Assembly (NCBI RefSeq): GCF_016433145.1
Contig: NC_058132.1
Span: forward strand, 610,831,525-610,895,524
Direction of reading: 5' to 3'
Source: Gracilinanus agilis
Lineage: Eukaryota
Length of the DNA stretch: 64,000 bases
Made by a program: the position numbers and the translations under genes. Shown piece after piece: positions 62,130-64,000 of this stretch. Every line of letters starts with the position of its first letter. The first letter of the stretch is position 1. Under the pieces are notes generated by a model. The model ran no database searches. It saw only the letters and a program-made list of their open reading frames with translations, and was not told where the DNA came from.

Positions 62130-64000
62130 CTCTCAGTTCTTATTCTCTGGAGGCAGATGGCATTTTTATCATGAATCCTTTGGGTTAGTTTTAGACCATT
62201 GTATTGCTGAGAATAGTTAAGTTATTCACAGTTGTTCATTTTATAGTATTCTTTTTACTGTGTACAATTTTCTTCTGGTACTGTTTACTTCATTCTGGTT
62301 CAACTTATGTAAGTCTTTTCAGGTTTTTCTGAGCTCTTTCTGTTGATCATTTCTTATGCCACAATAGTATTTTTTTATAATTAATTACAATTAGTCATTC
62401 CCCAGTTGATGGGTATCCTGTCACTTTCTAAATCTTTCCTCCCACAGAAAGAGCTGCTTTAAATATTTTTGTACATATAGGTCCTTACCCTTTTTGTTTC
62501 TTATCGCTTTGCAATACAAACCTAGGAAGACTATTGCTAAGTGAAAAGATATGTACTGTTTTAAAGCCATTTGGGCTTACATCCAAATTACTCTCTAGAA
62601 GAGTGGTTCCCAAACTTTTTTGGCCTACCAACCCCTTTCCAGAAAAAAATATTACTTAGTGTCCCTGGAAATTAATTTTTTTAAATTTTAATAGAAATTA
62701 ATAGGAAAGATAAATGCACCTGTGGCCATCACCACCCTCCTGGATCACTGTAGCACCCACCAGGGGGTGGTGGTGCCCACTTTGGGAATCACTGCTCTAG
62801 AATGACTGAATCAATTCACCACTCTCCCCCAACAATGCATTCATGTCTCAATTTTCCCACAAACTCTCCAAATAATGTTTTCCTTTTCTGTTATAATAGT
62901 CAGTCTGATAGGTATGGGGTGGTACCTCGGAATTGTTTTAATTTGCATTTCTCTAATTAATGTGATCGAGAGCATTTTTTTACATGATTAAAAAGAACTT
63001 TAATTACTTTGCTTGGGAACTGCATATTTATATTCTTTGGTCTTTGATCATATTTCATTTAGGGAATGACTTGCATCCTCATTTATGCAACTCATTTCTC
63101 TATGTATTTGAGAAATTTGCCCTTTATTAAAAAGACTTGTAAAAATTTTTTGGACCATTATAATTGCTGTGTATTACTCTCCATCCTATTACCCAGTTTA
63201 GTTTCTTTCCCCCTCAATTTGCCTTCTTTTTCTCAGTCCCACTCCTCTTATCCCTTTCCCTCCTAATTTCCTATAGGGTAAAATAGTTTTCTATATCCTA
63301 TTATGATTGTATATGATTGTATATGTTCTTCCTTCATTGAGAATAAGGATCATATGTTTCCCCTCTCTATTTTTGCCATCTTCTCCTTCACTGTTAAAGC
63401 TCTTTCATAACTCTTTCACGTGACATCATTTATCCCATTCTATTTTTCCCTCCCCTCCTTCTCCCAATGTATACATCTTTCTAATGCCTTAATTTTATTT
63501 TTTATATCATTCCATCATATTCAACTCACATTCTTGCCCTCTGTTTATATATAATCCTTCTAACTGCTCTAATGATGATAAAGTACTTAGGACTTTTACA
63601 AGAATTATCTTCCCATGTAGGTATGTTAACAGTTTAACCTTATTGAATGTCTTTTGATTTCTCTTTCCTGTTTACCTTTTTATGTTTCTCTTGAATCTTG
63701 CTTTTGAGAGTCAAATTTTCCATTCACCTCTGCTCTTTTCATCAGGAATGTTTGAAAATCCTCCATTTTGTTAAATACCTATATTCAGTTTTGATGGGTA
63801 AGTGATTCTTGGCTCAAGTCTTAGCTCCTTTGCCCTCTGGTATATCACATACTAGGTGCTCTGATTCTTTAATGTAGAAGCTGCTAAGTCTTGTGTTATC
63901 CTAAAAATGGCAACACAATATTTGAATTGTTTCATTTTGACTGTTTGAAATATTTTCTCCCTGCCTTAGGAGTTCTGGAATTTAGCTATAATATTCTTGG
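62130..64000 (-). mobile_element. L1 relic, antisense
   Basis: ggtacctcggaattgttttaatttgcatttctctaatt, ttagtcattccccagttgatggg and marsupial L1 5'/ORF1-region-like sequence running off the window. Confidence 0.8.
62601..62794. mobile_element. hAT-Charlie MITE nested in L1
   Basis: TIRs gagtggttcccaaact and actttgggaatcactg; perfect 8-bp TSD ctctagaa at 62593-62600 and 62795-62802, matching the Charlie NTCTAGAN target. Confidence 0.93.

Noticed and set aside
1-64000. CRISPR, operon or defence-island-like systems; rRNA or tRNA genes
   Set aside because: Eukaryotic intronic and intergenic DNA. No repeat-spacer array or gene cluster; tRNA-like boxes all belong to SINE heads.

Overview
This is AT-rich, CpG-depleted mammalian genomic DNA, not a prokaryotic window. 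Its retroposons (SINE1_Mdo-type SINEs, MAR1-type SINEs with RTE/BovB-like tails, marsupial L1 3' UTRs, many MIR/L2/L3 relics) point to a didelphid marsupial, most likely Monodelphis domestica; this is inferred from recognised repeats, not from a search. I can support one protein-coding feature: the last coding exon of VWC2L (Brorin-like) at 5923-6071 (+), which the ORF track misses because the exon has no ATG. It is preceded by the end of the last intron and followed by a transposon-free putative 3' UTR to about 9350. The remaining ~55 kb is intergenic (towards BARD1 in human synteny), made of nested transposons, microsatellites, assembly gaps and several transposon-free motif-rich islands that may be conserved non-coding elements. 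The other listed ORFs are low-complexity artefacts, chance ORFs or L1 relics. I found no convincing undescribed multi-gene system. The best second-look items are: an unassigned TSD-flanked mRNA-like retrocopy (10623-11049); a ~145-bp inverted duplication with one arm inside a hAT element (17146-17641); an exact 37-bp templated copy (19305/19480); hAT MITEs nested in L1, one with a CTCF-like core; a paired IRF/ISRE island; and a near-perfect RFX X-box. Repeat boundaries without TSDs are approximate, and repeat family names are from memory.
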